DNA from: Clostridia bacterium
Lineage (GTDB): Bacteria > Bacillota > Clostridia > Oscillospirales > CAG-272
Assembly: GCA_017483305.1 (NCBI GenBank)
Contig: JAFULC010000044.1
Span: 127,866 to 191,865 of the forward strand
Reading direction: 5' to 3'
Length of the DNA: 64,000 nt
Shown: positions 1 through 9,555 of the stretch, piece by piece
Position numbering within the stretch: position 1 is the first letter of the stretch
How the letters are laid out: each line of letters starts with the position of its first letter
Notes under the pieces: model-generated
What the model was told of the DNA's origin: nothing
Database searches by the model: none
The model's input: the letters and a program-made list of their open reading frames with translations, nothing else
Made by a program: the position numbers and the translations under genes

Positions 1-84
1 AGCGAGCTTAACATCATCGTTGGCGTTGAGGAGCACGATTTCAACGTCGCTCTCAATGCGATCTATAACGAGTTCGTTAAATAA
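1..84 (+). CDS. 3' end of a CDS cut by the window edge (...SELNIIVGVEEHDFNVALNAIYNEFVK*); ACT-domain-like tail, possibly aspartate kinase
   Basis: Frame open from nt 1 to TAA 82-84, followed by a strong terminator. The C-terminal pattern resembles ACT-domain ends of aspartokinases. Weak call. Confidence 0.3.
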   Translation, partial: SELNIIVGVEEHDFNVALNAIYNEFVK

Positions 85-92
85 TCAAATAT

Positions 93-127
93 AAAAAGGA
101 GAAGGCTTTTGAAGCCTTCTCCTTTTT
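93..127. terminator. Bidirectional rho-independent terminator between convergent genes
   Basis: AAAAAGGAGAAGGCTT-ttga-AGCCTTCTCCTTTTT, a perfect stem flanked by A-run and T-run. Confidence 0.85.
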
Positions 128-130
128 GCG

Positions 131-1054
131 TTACAACTCAAAGATCTTGACCGATCTTATAGCGCTTCCCTCCTCGCGCTCGACCACCTCGCCCAATGCG
201 AAAAAGTGACCGTTCTCGGAGCAGACGCGCACTCTCTGACCGACCTTGAAATCGGTCTTTATTTTTTTCTGATATATGGGGCAACCGTCACGGAAAAGCT
301 TTTCAAAAAACGCGGGAAGCTTTGTCGAGTCAAGCTCGGCAAAGAGTCTTTCTGTCGGCAAAAGCAGATCCTTGCGGTCGTTTTCAGGCATATTTTCGAT
401 ATCTTCAAGCGTATGACAGTCGTCGATCGATATGCCGCAAGCTTCGGTGCGCTCAAGCGCCGCCATCACGCCGCCGCAGCCAAGCTTTGAACCAATATCG
501 GCACACAGTGTTCGGATATACGTGCCTCCGCTACAGGTGACAGTCAAAATATAGTCGGTCTTGCTCTCGGTCGCCTCGCAGTCAAGGGAAAATACCGTAA
601 TATCCCTCGCCTCGCGCTCAACGGTCACTCCCTGCCTTGCTAAGTCGTAAAGCTTCTGACCGTTAACCTTCAATGCCGAATACATGGGAGGGGTCTGCTT
701 CAACTCTCCCACAAATTCACGGCACACAGCCTCTACCTGCTCGGAAGACGGAATATCGTCGCTTTTCGTCAAGACCTCACCCGTAATATCCTCGGTATCT
801 GTAGTGATTCCCAAGCGCAAGGTCGCCTTGTAGGTCTTTCTGTCCGACGAAATATACTCGCAAGCCTTCGCCGCCCTGCCAACAAGCACGACAAGCACGC
901 CCGTTGCCATCGGGTCAAGCGTGCCCGCGTGACCAACTCTCTTTGTGTTGTAAAGTCTTCTGATCTTGTTTACAACGTCGTGGGAGGTCATCCCTGCCGC
1001 CTTTTTTATCGCAAGAACACCGCCCGGGAGATTGTCGATTTCGGAATGTTTCAT
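131..1054 (-). CDS. truB: tRNA pseudouridine-55 synthase TruB
   Basis: 307 aa. GVLAIKKAAGMTSHDVV...VGHAGTLDPMATGVLVVLVGRAAK is the TruB catalytic-Asp motif region, with a C-terminal PUA-like tail. Confidence 0.93.
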   Translation of the reverse strand: MKHSEIDNLPGGVLAIKKAAGMTSHDVVNKIRRLYNTKRVGHAGTLDPMATGVLVVLVGRAAKACEYISSDRKTYKATLRLGITTDTEDITGEVLTKSDDIPSSEQVEAVCREFVGELKQTPPMYSALKVNGQKLYDLARQGVTVEREARDITVFSLDCEATESKTDYILTVTCSGGTYIRTLCADIGSKLGCGGVMAALERTEACGISIDDCHTLEDIENMPENDRKDLLLPTERLFAELDSTKLPAFFEKLFRDGCPIYQKKIKTDFKVGQRVRVCSENGHFFALGEVVEREEGSAIRSVKIFEL

Positions 1055-1068
1055 ATTGCCTCGTTTCC

Positions 1069-1094
1069 CCTACTTTTCTTGCAAGAAAAGTAGG
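1069..1094. repeat. Perfect 26-nt palindrome CCTACTTTTCTTGCAAGAAAAGTAGG followed by CAAAAGAACT; same hairpin+tag family as 31992-32025 and 32171-32197
   Basis: Read directly. Related hairpin plus GCAAAAGAACT tag recurs in the serC-serA spacer. Confidence 0.8.
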
Positions 1095-1213
1095 CAAAAG
1101 AACTCCAATAAGGATAGTGATTGAGTCTACGGTTTAGGTTTTAAAATGATGAGGGCACAAATATGCAAAAGAACTCCAATTAGGATAGTGATTTTGGATA
1201 CGGTTATTAAAAT
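1095..1213. repeat. Tandem direct repeat (~71-nt period): CAAAAGAACTCCAAT(A/T)AGGATAGTGATT at 1095-1122 and 1166-1193, each followed by a TACGGTT...TTAAAAT tail
   Basis: Two 28-nt copies with 1 mismatch read in the truB-trmB spacer. The second tail runs into the trmB stop codon. Confidence 0.8.
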
Positions 1214-1857
1214 CTAACTATAGCCGAATTTATGGTAAAGCCCTTTTCGGAAAAGTTCTTTTCGTACTCGGTCATTACGTTCCCCTCTGCGCGATCGCTA
1301 TTGTGCAGGTCGCGGGTCATCCATTCGACAGCCAGACCGAATTCGGCAAACTCCTCCAGCGAAAAGTCGAAAAGACCTACGTTATCGGTCTTGAAGATCA
1401 GAAGCCCGCCGTCCTTAAGGAGCTTTTTGTACTTCGAGAGGTAATTTCTGTGGGTCAAACGGCGCTTCGCGTGCCCCGCCTTGGGCCACGGATCGCTGAA
1501 ATTGAGGTATATCCTATCGAGGCATTTTTCAGGAAACCAATCTTCAAGGTTGTCGGCGTTACCGATAATAAAGCGTAGGTTGTCGGGTCTTGAATCCTTG
1601 CAAGCCATCGCCTTTTCAAGCGCAAGGCAGCAGACGTCTCTGACTCTTTCCATCGCTATAAGGTTAATATCGTGCTCTTTGGCTGTAGTGCCGACTGCAA
1701 AGTTGCCCTTGCCGCATCCGATCTCAAGGCAAAGAGGCTTTTCCTTATCGGAAAAGGGCTTTTTGGGATCATCCTTCAGCGTTTCAGGGGCTTCTATAAG
1801 TAATTCCGCACAGGCGAGTATTCTCTCGTCGCCGTGCTTCTTTTTTCTCATTCTCAT
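1207..1857 (-). CDS. trmB: tRNA (guanine46-N7)-methyltransferase TrmB
   Basis: 216 aa. LEIGCGKGNF SAM-binding motif and YLNFSDPWPK signature. Confidence 0.9.
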   Translation of the reverse strand: MRMRKKKHGDERILACAELLIEAPETLKDDPKKPFSDKEKPLCLEIGCGKGNFAVGTTAKEHDINLIAMERVRDVCCLALEKAMACKDSRPDNLRFIIGNADNLEDWFPEKCLDRIYLNFSDPWPKAGHAKRRLTHRNYLSKYKKLLKDGGLLIFKTDNVGLFDFSLEEFAEFGLAVEWMTRDLHNSDRAEGNVMTEYEKNFSEKGFTINSAIVRF

Positions 1858-1935
1858 ATCTTTATTCCTGAATTTTTATTATGAATAACATTTTCCAAAA
1901 AATGATTTGGAAGGTTTTTGAAGATGAGGGGAGAG

Positions 1936-1990
1936 TGCAGAGAGGGGAGAAGAACGCTTTTTACAAAAAGGTTCTTCTCCCCTCTCTGCA
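1936..1990 (-). terminator. Terminator hairpin downstream of ychF (20-bp perfect stem)
   Basis: TGCAGAGAGGGGAGAAGAAC-15 nt loop-GTTCTTCTCCCCTCTCTGCA, immediately 3' of the ychF stop on the minus strand. Confidence 0.7.
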
Positions 1991-2004
1991 TCTATCGCCT
2001 ATCA

Positions 2005-3099
2005 TTACACATTAAATCTGAACAGAACGATGTCGCCGTCCTTCATCACGTACTCTTTACCTTCGCTGCGAACGAGACCCTGCTCCTTTGCCGCGACCAT
2101 ATTGCCGCAGGCTACGAGGTCGTCGAACGCTATGACCTCAGCTCTGATGAATCCGCGCTCGAAGTCACTGTGTATCTTGCCCGCCGCCTGAGGAGCTTTA
2201 GTTCCTCTTGTGATGGTCCAGGCGCGGACCTCTTCGGGTCCTGCGGTAAGGTAGCTGATAAGACCAAGCAGCGAGTAGCTTGCCTTAATGAGCTTATCAA
2301 GTCCGCTCTCCTCGATTCCCATATCCTCGAGGAACATCTGCTTTTCTTCGCCCTCAAGCTCTGCAATCTCGGACTCGATGCCTGCGCAGACTGCGATAAC
2401 GCCGCTCTTTTCGGTCTCGGCGAACGCCTTGAGCTTCATGTAAGCCTCGTTGTCAACGGGTTCGGCGGTCGCGTCGTCCTCACTGACGTTTGCTACGTAA
2501 ATGACCGGCTTCATAGTAAGCAGAGGGGTGTCGTAAAGACAAGCCAGCTCGTCGTCGCTCAGCTCCATGGTGCGCGCGCACTTACCCTCCTCCAAGGTTG
2601 CGTAGATGCGTTCGAAGAGTGCGAGCTCGCCTGCGAGGGTCTTGTCGCCCTTCATAGCCTTTTTTGTTCTGTCTATTCTTCTTTCGACCATTTCCATGTC
2701 CGAGAAGATGAGCTCCATGTTTATTGTCTCGAGGTCGCGCATAGGGTCGACCGAGCCGTCGACGTGAATGATATTATCGTCCTCAAAGCAACGGACAACG
2801 TGAATTATCGCGTCACACTCGCGGATATTAGACAAAAACTTGTTGCCTAGACCCTCTCCCTGCGATGCGCCCTTAACAAGTCCCGCGATGTCAACAAACT
2901 GAATGATTGCGGGGGTGTATTTCTTGGGATCGTACATCTTCGCCAGCACGTCAAGGCGGCTGTCGGGAACGGTGACAACGCCCACGTTGGGCTCGATGGT
3001 GCAGAAGGGATAGTTTGCCGATTCTGCTCCCGCGTTGGTCAGCGCGTTAAAAAGAGTTGATTTTCCTACGTTTGGAAGTCCCACTATACCGAGCTTCAT
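2005..3099 (-). CDS. ychF: Ribosome-binding ATPase YchF (Obg-family GTPase)
   Basis: 364 aa. [22 protein letters not shown]-loop, with a TGS/YchF C-terminal domain ending ...[11 protein letters not shown]. Confidence 0.95.
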   Translation of the reverse strand: MKLGIVGLPNVGKSTLFNALTNAGAESANYPFCTIEPNVGVVTVPDSRLDVLAKMYDPKKYTPAIIQFVDIAGLVKGASQGEGLGNKFLSNIRECDAIIHVVRCFEDDNIIHVDGSVDPMRDLETINMELIFSDMEMVERRIDRTKKAMKGDKTLAGELALFERIYATLEEGKCARTMELSDDELACLYDTPLLTMKPVIYVANVSEDDATAEPVDNEAYMKLKAFAETEKSGVIAVCAGIESEIAELEGEEKQMFLEDMGIEESGLDKLIKASYSLLGLISYLTAGPEEVRAWTITRGTKAPQAAGKIHSDFERGFIRAEVIAFDDLVACGNMVAAKEQGLVRSEGKEYVMKDGDIVLFRFNV

Positions 3100-3152
3100 A
3101 TAAAAATTACCTGCTTTCCGTAAAAATACGCATAATTACCTATTATAAATAC

Positions 3153-3181
3153 ATTATAATACATTTTTGCGGATTTTTCAA
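3153..3181 (-). promoter_or_regulatory. Sigma-A promoter of ychF (TTGAAA-17-TATAAT on minus strand), copy 1 of a duplicated ~40-nt promoter segment
   Basis: Minus strand reads TTGAAAaatccgcaaaaatgtatTATAAT. -35 is complement of 3176-3181 and -10 is complement of 3153-3158. Confidence 0.75.
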
Positions 3182-3388
3182 GGGGGTCGGGGAAATTAAG
3201 GCAAGAAATAGTATAAAGCCGCTATCGCGGCGTGTAAAAACGCTTTGATGGCGACCAATAGTTTGTCTTTTAGACAATTGCTCTAATTTGTTTACGAACA
3301 TTTACGGATCAATGGATATTTGCGAATTTGATAAAATATTTCGGCAACAAACAAAGGCGAGCTATAAAAATCTCGCCTTTGTTGAGAT

Positions 3389-4156
3389 TTAGTTTTCGGT
3401 CTTTGCAAAATTGAAAATTTCATCTCCTATTACAGACAAGTGATATTCGAGATTGTCAGAAAAAGAATAGTCTTTTGATGTGAAAACTGTTCCATCCTGA
3501 TATTCAATTTTCACACCTATAATTTTCACACAGTATGCTTGAGAATTATACCAAACTGAATCCCAATATATTCCTTCCCAACCGTTTCTGTTATCATTTT
3601 TATATTCAGAATAGGGCACATCTGGACGAAACGGTCTTCTTGCGAAATCGCTATTATAAGCGAGTACGTTATACATTCCCTTTCCTTGTGGAATAGGTCC
3701 TGTTTGACATATCCATATATCCTGTTTACCTGTAATATCGCAAGTTAAGGCATCGCCTACCCTATTATATAATTCAAGGTTGAAATGCATATATTTGATT
3801 TCTTTTTCGCTTAAATTTTCCCAATCCACATACACATTGACACCATCTGCAGAGGTTATTGTCATTTGTAATCCATACACTTTTATCAATTCTTTTATCA
3901 AATTGGGATCATCCATTTTTTCCGATCCGTCATTTTCGTTACTAGTTTCATCCGAATCGGATGTATTGAATTGAGAATTGCCTTGATTTTCTATTGAATC
4001 ACCGCAAAATTGACAAAAATTACTAAAAGAAGATATTTGTTCTCCGCAAGCAACACACACAATGGTATTATCAATTGACGAATCACAAGAAGCAAGCACA
4101 AATAGCAATATAACAATAATAACGACCGAAATCTTTTTCATTTTTGTTTCCCCCAA
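3389..4156 (-). CDS. Lipoprotein with an N-proximal CxxC...CxxC zinc-ribbon-like motif, function unknown
   Basis: 255 aa. Signal peptide plus lipobox (VLASC), then CVACGEQISSFSNFCQFCG. The gene is clearly more AT-rich than its neighbours. Confidence 0.7.
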   Translation of the reverse strand: MGETKMKKISVVIIVILLFVLASCDSSIDNTIVCVACGEQISSFSNFCQFCGDSIENQGNSQFNTSDSDETSNENDGSEKMDDPNLIKELIKVYGLQMTITSADGVNVYVDWENLSEKEIKYMHFNLELYNRVGDALTCDITGKQDIWICQTGPIPQGKGMYNVLAYNSDFARRPFRPDVPYSEYKNDNRNGWEGIYWDSVWYNSQAYCVKIIGVKIEYQDGTVFTSKDYSFSDNLEYHLSVIGDEIFNFAKTEN

Positions 4157-4258
4157 TAGCGTGTTGACTTAAAAATGCGTCGACCAGATCCGATGCACAA
4201 AACCGCCCCGATTTATCGATTAATAGTTTTTCTGCAAAAAACAACTATTTATAAAAAC

Positions 4259-4287
4259 ATTATAATACATTTTTGCGGATTTTTCAA
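4259..4287 (-). promoter_or_regulatory. Sigma-A promoter of the lipoprotein gene, copy 2 of the duplicated promoter segment
   Basis: Same TTGAAAaatccgcaaaaatgtatTATAAT as at 3153-3181. The shared stretch is about 3141-3186 versus 4249-4291. Confidence 0.75.
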
Positions 4288-4722
4288 GGGGTGTTTGAAC
4301 AATTTGGTGTCAAAGATCGGTTTTTTTCGGATTTAACGGGAAACGGAGCAAAAAAGCTTGAAAACGAATCTTTTTTTGCTTCAAAGCTATGCCCGCGAGC
4401 AAATTGTGAATATTTAGGGGGCGAATTTTGAATTATTTTTTAAGTCTGTCTGAATTTTATTAAAAAATTGCTCGAAAATTTTTAAAAAAGACTGTACAAA
4501 TCGAATTTTTTGTGGTATAATTATTAACAAGAATTGAAATTTAATCTGCTTTCGTGTGTCGGCAAATTTAACGGCATTGAAAATTCGTTCAAAATTCAGC
4601 CATTTTTCACACAAATTACCCAAGCTTGTGTTATAATGTCTTTATTAAGAGCGGCGAAGCCTATCGCACAAAATCAGATCAATAGAAAAATTTAACTTTT
4701 ACATATCCGGAGGACACAAAAA

Positions 4723-5415
4723 ATGATGGATACAAAAATTCTCGTCATCGAGGACGAGGCGGCGCTTTCCGAATCTATCAAAACTTACTTTGAAAACGAG
4801 GGCTATGAGGTCAAGATTGCGACCGACGGCTCCGAGGGCATCAACTTCTTCAAGATGTACGATCCCGACATAGTCATTCTCGACATCACGCTTCCCAAGA
4901 AGGACGGCTGGCAGGTCTGCCGCGAGATCCGCGAGAACTCCTCCAAGCCGATCATTATGGTCAGCACCAAGGGCGGTGTTTTCGACAAGGTTCTCGGTCT
5001 CGAGCTCGGTGCGGACGACTATATGGTCAAGCCCGTTGACAACAAGGAGCTTTCGTCGAGAATCAAGGCGGTGCTTCGCCGCTGCCAGTCTCACGTTCCG
5101 CAGGCGGACGATGAGGTCATCAGATTTGAAAATATTGAGATCAGCCTTCAGAAGTACGAGCTTAAGCTCCGCGGAAGAAGCATCGATATTCCCCCCAAGG
5201 AGCTCGAGCTTCTTTACTTCCTCGCGTCCAACTACAACCGCGTATTCACCCGCGATCAGCTGCTTGACAAGGTCTGGGGCTTCGATTACCTCGGCGACTC
5301 GCGTACCGTAGACGTTCACATCAAGCGTTTGCGCGAAAAGCTTGAAAAGGCTTCGGAAAAGTGGGTCATCAAAACCGTTTGGGGCGTTGGATACAAATTC
5401 GAGCTTGTAGACTGA
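4723..5415 (+). CDS. OmpR/PhoB-family response regulator (receiver + winged-helix)
   Basis: 230 aa. KILVIEDE...DIVILDITLPKKDG receiver, with C-terminal ...TVDVHIKRLREKL...VWGVGYKF winged helix. Confidence 0.9.
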   Translation: MMDTKILVIEDEAALSESIKTYFENEGYEVKIATDGSEGINFFKMYDPDIVILDITLPKKDGWQVCREIRENSSKPIIMVSTKGGVFDKVLGLELGADDYMVKPVDNKELSSRIKAVLRRCQSHVPQADDEVIRFENIEISLQKYELKLRGRSIDIPPKELELLYFLASNYNRVFTRDQLLDKVWGFDYLGDSRTVDVHIKRLREKLEKASEKWVIKTVWGVGYKFELVD

Positions 5416-5482
5416 TATTAAATCAACATTCTTACGCCAACCTTGAATATGAGGTTGGCGTATTATTACAAAGGAACCTGAA

Positions 5483-6907
5483 ATGAGCAATACAAATACG
5501 GAATCCACCACACATAACGTCGAGCCTCGCTCGGCGAATACTCTGCAAAGATCCGAGAGGATCAGAAAAAAGAGCCTACGCATCGCCGAAAAGAGCAAGA
5601 AGATCTCCGAGCGCAACGCGCTTCTTTATCCGAGCTTTGCGCAATCGACAGTCGAGGATGCTCCCGATGAATCAGTGGCACCGGGGTCAACTGAGCAAGA
5701 GAACAAGCCAACAGCCAAAAAGACTCGTAGAGAGCGTTTGAGCAACAGCAAAAAGCACGACAGTATAGGCTTCAGCGTCTCCGCGATCCTGTCCGCCGTG
5801 GCAATAATTCTGCTTGTCTCGCTTGCTGTCGGTCTGATCTTCGATCTCATCCCATCGGGCAGAAGAGATCTGGCATTTATCAACATATCGGGCAGCAACG
5901 ACACCCTCGAGGGCGAATATGCCGATTCAAGCACTCTGACCAAGGCTATGAGCTCGGTAGTGGTCGTCAGCGCCACCTCCTCGACAGGTGCAAGCACGGG
6001 CGCGGGATTTATCGTCGCGGTCTCCGAGGACGGCAACTGCGATTACATAGCGACCAACTATCACGTTGTCGCAAATATGGAAAATATTCACGTCAGACTT
6101 TATGAGTCGGGCGATTACGTCGAGGCAACGCTCGTCGGCTTCTCCGAGGAGGACGACATTGCCGTCCTGAAGGCCGCTCGCTCTGGGCTCCCTGCTCTGA
6201 CCATGGCAAACTACAAGACCTGCCGCATCGGTGACGCGGTCTACGCGATCGGAACGCCCGAGGGCGAAAACTTCTCCTGGTCGGTCACTCAGGGTATCAT
6301 ATCGGCAATCGACAGAATTCTTTGGGACTTCGATGACAACGGGACTCTTGAAAAGACGATGAGGGTCCTCCAGACCGACACTCCCGTCAATCCCGGTAAC
6401 TCGGGCGGCCCGCTCATCAATGCCGCGGGAGAGGTCGTAGGAATAGTCACCCTGAAGCTTGGTGAGAGCGAGGGCATGGGCTTTGCCCTTCCCATTGACG
6501 GTGCGATAGAGATCATCTCCGCGATCATTGAGGTGGGCAGTGCGGATAGCATTCAGTCCACGATCTCGAACAAACGAGGTCTGCTTGGAATAACCTGTGT
6601 CGGCGTTACTGAGGGGCATTGGTACAAGCTTTTCTCGGATAAGATCACCGAGTCCGATGCGATCAACGGCTCGTTCCGCGCCGACGCAAGCGGAGTTTAC
6701 GTCATGTCGGTCCAGGCAAACACCGCCGCACACGGCAAGCTGAAGGCGGGCGACATAATAACCGAGATCAACGGCATGCGGATTCACAATCTTGCGCAGC
6801 TTTCAAATATAATTTACAATATGAAGGTCGGAGACGAGGTCACACTTACTTACTGCAGGGGCGGCAAATATTATTCCGCAGCCTTCACTCTCGGCGGTCA
6901 GTCCTGA
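5483..6907 (+). CDS. htrA: Membrane-anchored HtrA/DegP-family serine protease with C-terminal PDZ domain
   Basis: 474 aa. One TM segment. Triad context is TNYHVV / DIAVLK / GNSGGPLIN, followed by a PDZ-like tail. Confidence 0.85.
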   Translation: MSNTNTESTTHNVEPRSANTLQRSERIRKKSLRIAEKSKKISERNALLYPSFAQSTVEDAPDESVAPGSTEQENKPTAKKTRRERLSNSKKHDSIGFSVSAILSAVAIILLVSLAVGLIFDLIPSGRRDLAFINISGSNDTLEGEYADSSTLTKAMSSVVVVSATSSTGASTGAGFIVAVSEDGNCDYIATNYHVVANMENIHVRLYESGDYVEATLVGFSEEDDIAVLKAARSGLPALTMANYKTCRIGDAVYAIGTPEGENFSWSVTQGIISAIDRILWDFDDNGTLEKTMRVLQTDTPVNPGNSGGPLINAAGEVVGIVTLKLGESEGMGFALPIDGAIEIISAIIEVGSADSIQSTISNKRGLLGITCVGVTEGHWYKLFSDKITESDAINGSFRADASGVYVMSVQANTAAHGKLKAGDIITEINGMRIHNLAQLSNIIYNMKVGDEVTLTYCRGGKYYSAAFTLGGQS

Positions 6908-6920
6908 TCTGCCCGGCATA

Positions 6921-6957
6921 AAAAAACAGAGCGTGTATACACACGCTCTGTTTTTTT
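6921..6957. terminator. Bidirectional terminator between htrA-like gene and MFS gene
   Basis: AAAAAA-CAGAGCGTGT-atac-ACACGCTCTG-TTTTTTT. Confidence 0.85.
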
Positions 6958-8254
6958 ATTGTATCATTACCTTTTGCTTGCCGACCACGAAGTGCGCGAA
7001 TATGATCGCGCAGAGGATCAGGACGAACGAGATCGCAAACAATATCTGCTGACCGTAGACGGTATATCCGAACACCGTGTTGTTATTCGCCTGAACCGCT
7101 GCTAATATCCTTCCGCCAACAAGCGACGCCCCGAAGCCAAAAACTCCCGAAATACAGTTTTTGATCGCCGACGCCTCGGCAAAATAGCGACTGTCGACGT
7201 AGCTATACGTGACGTTTACGAAATTACCCTCCACGCCTGCCATACATACGTGGAACAGAACCGTATGCACGATGATGAAGAATCTTGTGGACGGGGTTGC
7301 GAAAATTCCCGAAAGAAATGCCGCTGCCGCGATGACAAGTCCGAGCTCTATTCCCTTGGCAAACGAACGCTTATCACTATATTTTCCGAACGGCTTTGAG
7401 ATCAGCGCGCGAGCGAGACAAGCCGATATATTTATGATCTGAATTACCGTCATAGTATACGCGAGATCCTCGGTCTTATACGTTCCGAGAAAGCCTACCG
7501 TGATAAATCTCGCGCAATTCCAAAGGATCGCTAGAATGATGACGTTGCGAAAGCTTTTGTTGCCAAGCGTATTTTTTAAGATCACCCGCATCGGCACCGT
7601 GTCCTTCTTCTCCTGCTTTTCTCTGATCTCGTTTTTCATAATAAGAAGCATCGCGAGATCAAATGCAAAGAATATCAGAACGGCGGTCGCAATAAACAGA
7701 AAGCTTCCCTTTGTGTTACCAGATTTATCAAACTTATCAACGGCAATTCCGACGGTGATAGACACCACCACGCCCGTTAAAAGCGACAGCATTTCCTTGC
7801 CCGAATTGAAACGGCCCCTCTTGGTCGGCTCGACGAAGGAATTTCCCCATCTGTAAATAAGAGTAGAGACCATATAGTTTCCGAAATAGGCTATAAGCAC
7901 ACATACTATCGTGAACGCCTTGCCAAACGCCCTTGTAAACGGCATAAACGGAACGAGAAAGATCACGACGCAGACCATCTGACCCAGCGAGTGAAAAAGC
8001 ACAGCAAAGCGTTTAGTGTTGGTGATCTTCCTGATAACGAATATTGAAATTATCTGAAACAGAAACGCCAACGTGATAAACGACGACAAAATTCCCGTTT
8101 CGGCATCGGAAAAACCTATCGAGGTCAAAAGCTTTGCAAGGAGGCTGTCAGCCACCATAAGCGAAGCAAAATATTCGAAGGCGCATTCCAATTTATACGC
8201 GGTACGAGAGCGCTTAAATTCGCGCGACTCGTATAAATTTATATTTTCTTCCAT
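6956..8254 (-). CDS. Major-facilitator-type (GPH/MFS-like) transporter, about 12 TM segments
   Basis: 432 aa, hydrophobic throughout with a central charged loop (KNEIREKQEKKD). Substrate unknown. Confidence 0.6.
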   Translation of the reverse strand: MEENINLYESREFKRSRTAYKLECAFEYFASLMVADSLLAKLLTSIGFSDAETGILSSFITLAFLFQIISIFVIRKITNTKRFAVLFHSLGQMVCVVIFLVPFMPFTRAFGKAFTIVCVLIAYFGNYMVSTLIYRWGNSFVEPTKRGRFNSGKEMLSLLTGVVVSITVGIAVDKFDKSGNTKGSFLFIATAVLIFFAFDLAMLLIMKNEIREKQEKKDTVPMRVILKNTLGNKSFRNVIILAILWNCARFITVGFLGTYKTEDLAYTMTVIQIINISACLARALISKPFGKYSDKRSFAKGIELGLVIAAAAFLSGIFATPSTRFFIIVHTVLFHVCMAGVEGNFVNVTYSYVDSRYFAEASAIKNCISGVFGFGASLVGGRILAAVQANNNTVFGYTVYGQQILFAISFVLILCAIIFAHFVVGKQKVMIQ

Positions 8255-8279
8255 GAGATCCTGCTACTTTTCTTAAATT

Positions 8280-8305
8280 ACCCTCCCCGAGAGCTCGGGG
8301 AGGGT
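8280..8305 (-). terminator. Hairpin downstream of the nucleoside-hydrolase-like gene
   Basis: ACCCTCCCCGA-gagc-TCGGGGAGGGT. The T-tract on the minus strand is weak. Confidence 0.5.
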
Positions 8306-8312
8306 TCTCTGA

Positions 8313-9278
8313 TTATAATACGTATTCATCCATTCTCGCCTGAATGCTCTTGGCGATATCCTCGTCGGAGGCGGTCTTGATCATAAAGTAGATCTTGCCG
8401 TTTTCGTCCTCAACATATCTGGTTGCGTCCGCCTCGAATTGCTCGGGGTCGGCGTTGTAGAATTCAAGTCTGCCGGGGGCGGTCAGCGAATACAGCTCCC
8501 CCTCTCCCTCAAACGCAAACTGAACCGCGGTAAGATCGAACGTGCAATTAAAGCCCTCTCTCACAAAGCCCTTTGTATAAAGCTGATAGGACTCAACGAT
8601 AGGATTATGCGGGTGCTTTGCTGCTTCCTCGGGAGAATATCCCGTAAGCACGGGCGCTCCGATATGGAAATCCGAAAGATACATAGGTACGGGGCAGTTT
8701 TCAAAGCAGAATTTTGCCGAAGGATAATCGGTCACAACGTTAAACTCTCTTCCCTCGGGCAGAATTGCCGCCATAGACACCACCGCGTGTATCTTTTTTG
8801 CCGCAAGCTCAAGTCCGCTAAGCTCACTGTACTTGTCGGGTCCGCTTCTCAAGAAGTCCGCAAAGGTGTTGAACATTCCGATGGTTACGACCACGACGCC
8901 GTCATCCTCCGCATCCGCAAGCAAGCTGCGATAGAAGGAAACGTGAGGCAGTATTTCAAGCGTACCGTCATTGTATTTTTTCGAATAGGCTTCGGCAACG
9001 TACTGACTGTATTTTACACGCGGAGCCTCATAGCTGACGAATCCGGGCTTGGAATACATTCCTATCTTGAAATCGGGCGCGTTGCAAAATTCCTTTAACG
9101 CATCGACGGTAGCACTTCCGTAAACGTTTGACGTGCAGTTGCAGACTCCCAGTATATCGGTATTATATTCTTTGGCGTAGGAAAACAACACCGCCAGAGC
9201 GCCAACGTCATCACAATCGGGGCCGATATCGGTGTCGAGAATTATGCTTCTTTTTTTCATTTTCAAGGACTCAAACAT
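8313..9278 (-). CDS. Inosine-uridine-preferring nucleoside hydrolase-like protein
   Basis: 321 aa. N-terminal IILDTDIGPDCDDVGALAVL matches the DxDxxxDD aspartate cluster of the IUNH family. Confidence 0.55.
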   Translation of the reverse strand: MFESLKMKKRSIILDTDIGPDCDDVGALAVLFSYAKEYNTDILGVCNCTSNVYGSATVDALKEFCNAPDFKIGMYSKPGFVSYEAPRVKYSQYVAEAYSKKYNDGTLEILPHVSFYRSLLADAEDDGVVVVTIGMFNTFADFLRSGPDKYSELSGLELAAKKIHAVVSMAAILPEGREFNVVTDYPSAKFCFENCPVPMYLSDFHIGAPVLTGYSPEEAAKHPHNPIVESYQLYTKGFVREGFNCTFDLTAVQFAFEGEGELYSLTAPGRLEFYNADPEQFEADATRYVEDENGKIYFMIKTASDEDIAKSIQARMDEYVL

Positions 9279-9471
9279 TTGATCTCACCTCGTGATAAAG
9301 TATTTTTTGCTTTTCGCTGACATAGGCTATTGTCAGATATATCAACTGCTCTCATTATAATACAAAAATCCCCGTCTGTCAACCAAAATGGGAAAAATCA
9401 GGAATAAAACAGAATTACAGTGTTCAAATTTTCAAAAAATGTCACTTTTTATGTTTTTTCAGCAATTTCCA

Positions 9472-9500
9472 TTGACTTTTGATTAAAAATGTGTTAAAAT
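9472..9500 (+). promoter_or_regulatory. Sigma-A promoter of the ACP gene (TTGACT-17-TAAAAT)
   Basis: -35 at 9472-9477 and -10 at 9495-9500. Confidence 0.65.
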
Positions 9501-9555
9501 AATTTAAACACAGTTAATCGTAGCAAAAAAACAAACTTATCAGAGGAGAACTCGT

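Noticed and set aside
1918-2850. 310-aa plus-strand ORF opposite ychF. Similar long antisense ORFs occur at 4699-5616, 5927-6787, 10480-11472, 13041-13751, 18554-19648, 21998-22819, 31141-31932, 32138-33358, 34724-35797, 37442-38362, 40432-41178 and 51424-52767.
   Set aside because: Each lies exactly antisense to a gene with an unmistakable family signature or a clear operon context. Their translations are low-complexity (Arg/Leu/Val/Cys-rich), and they lack RBSs. They are typical shadow ORFs.
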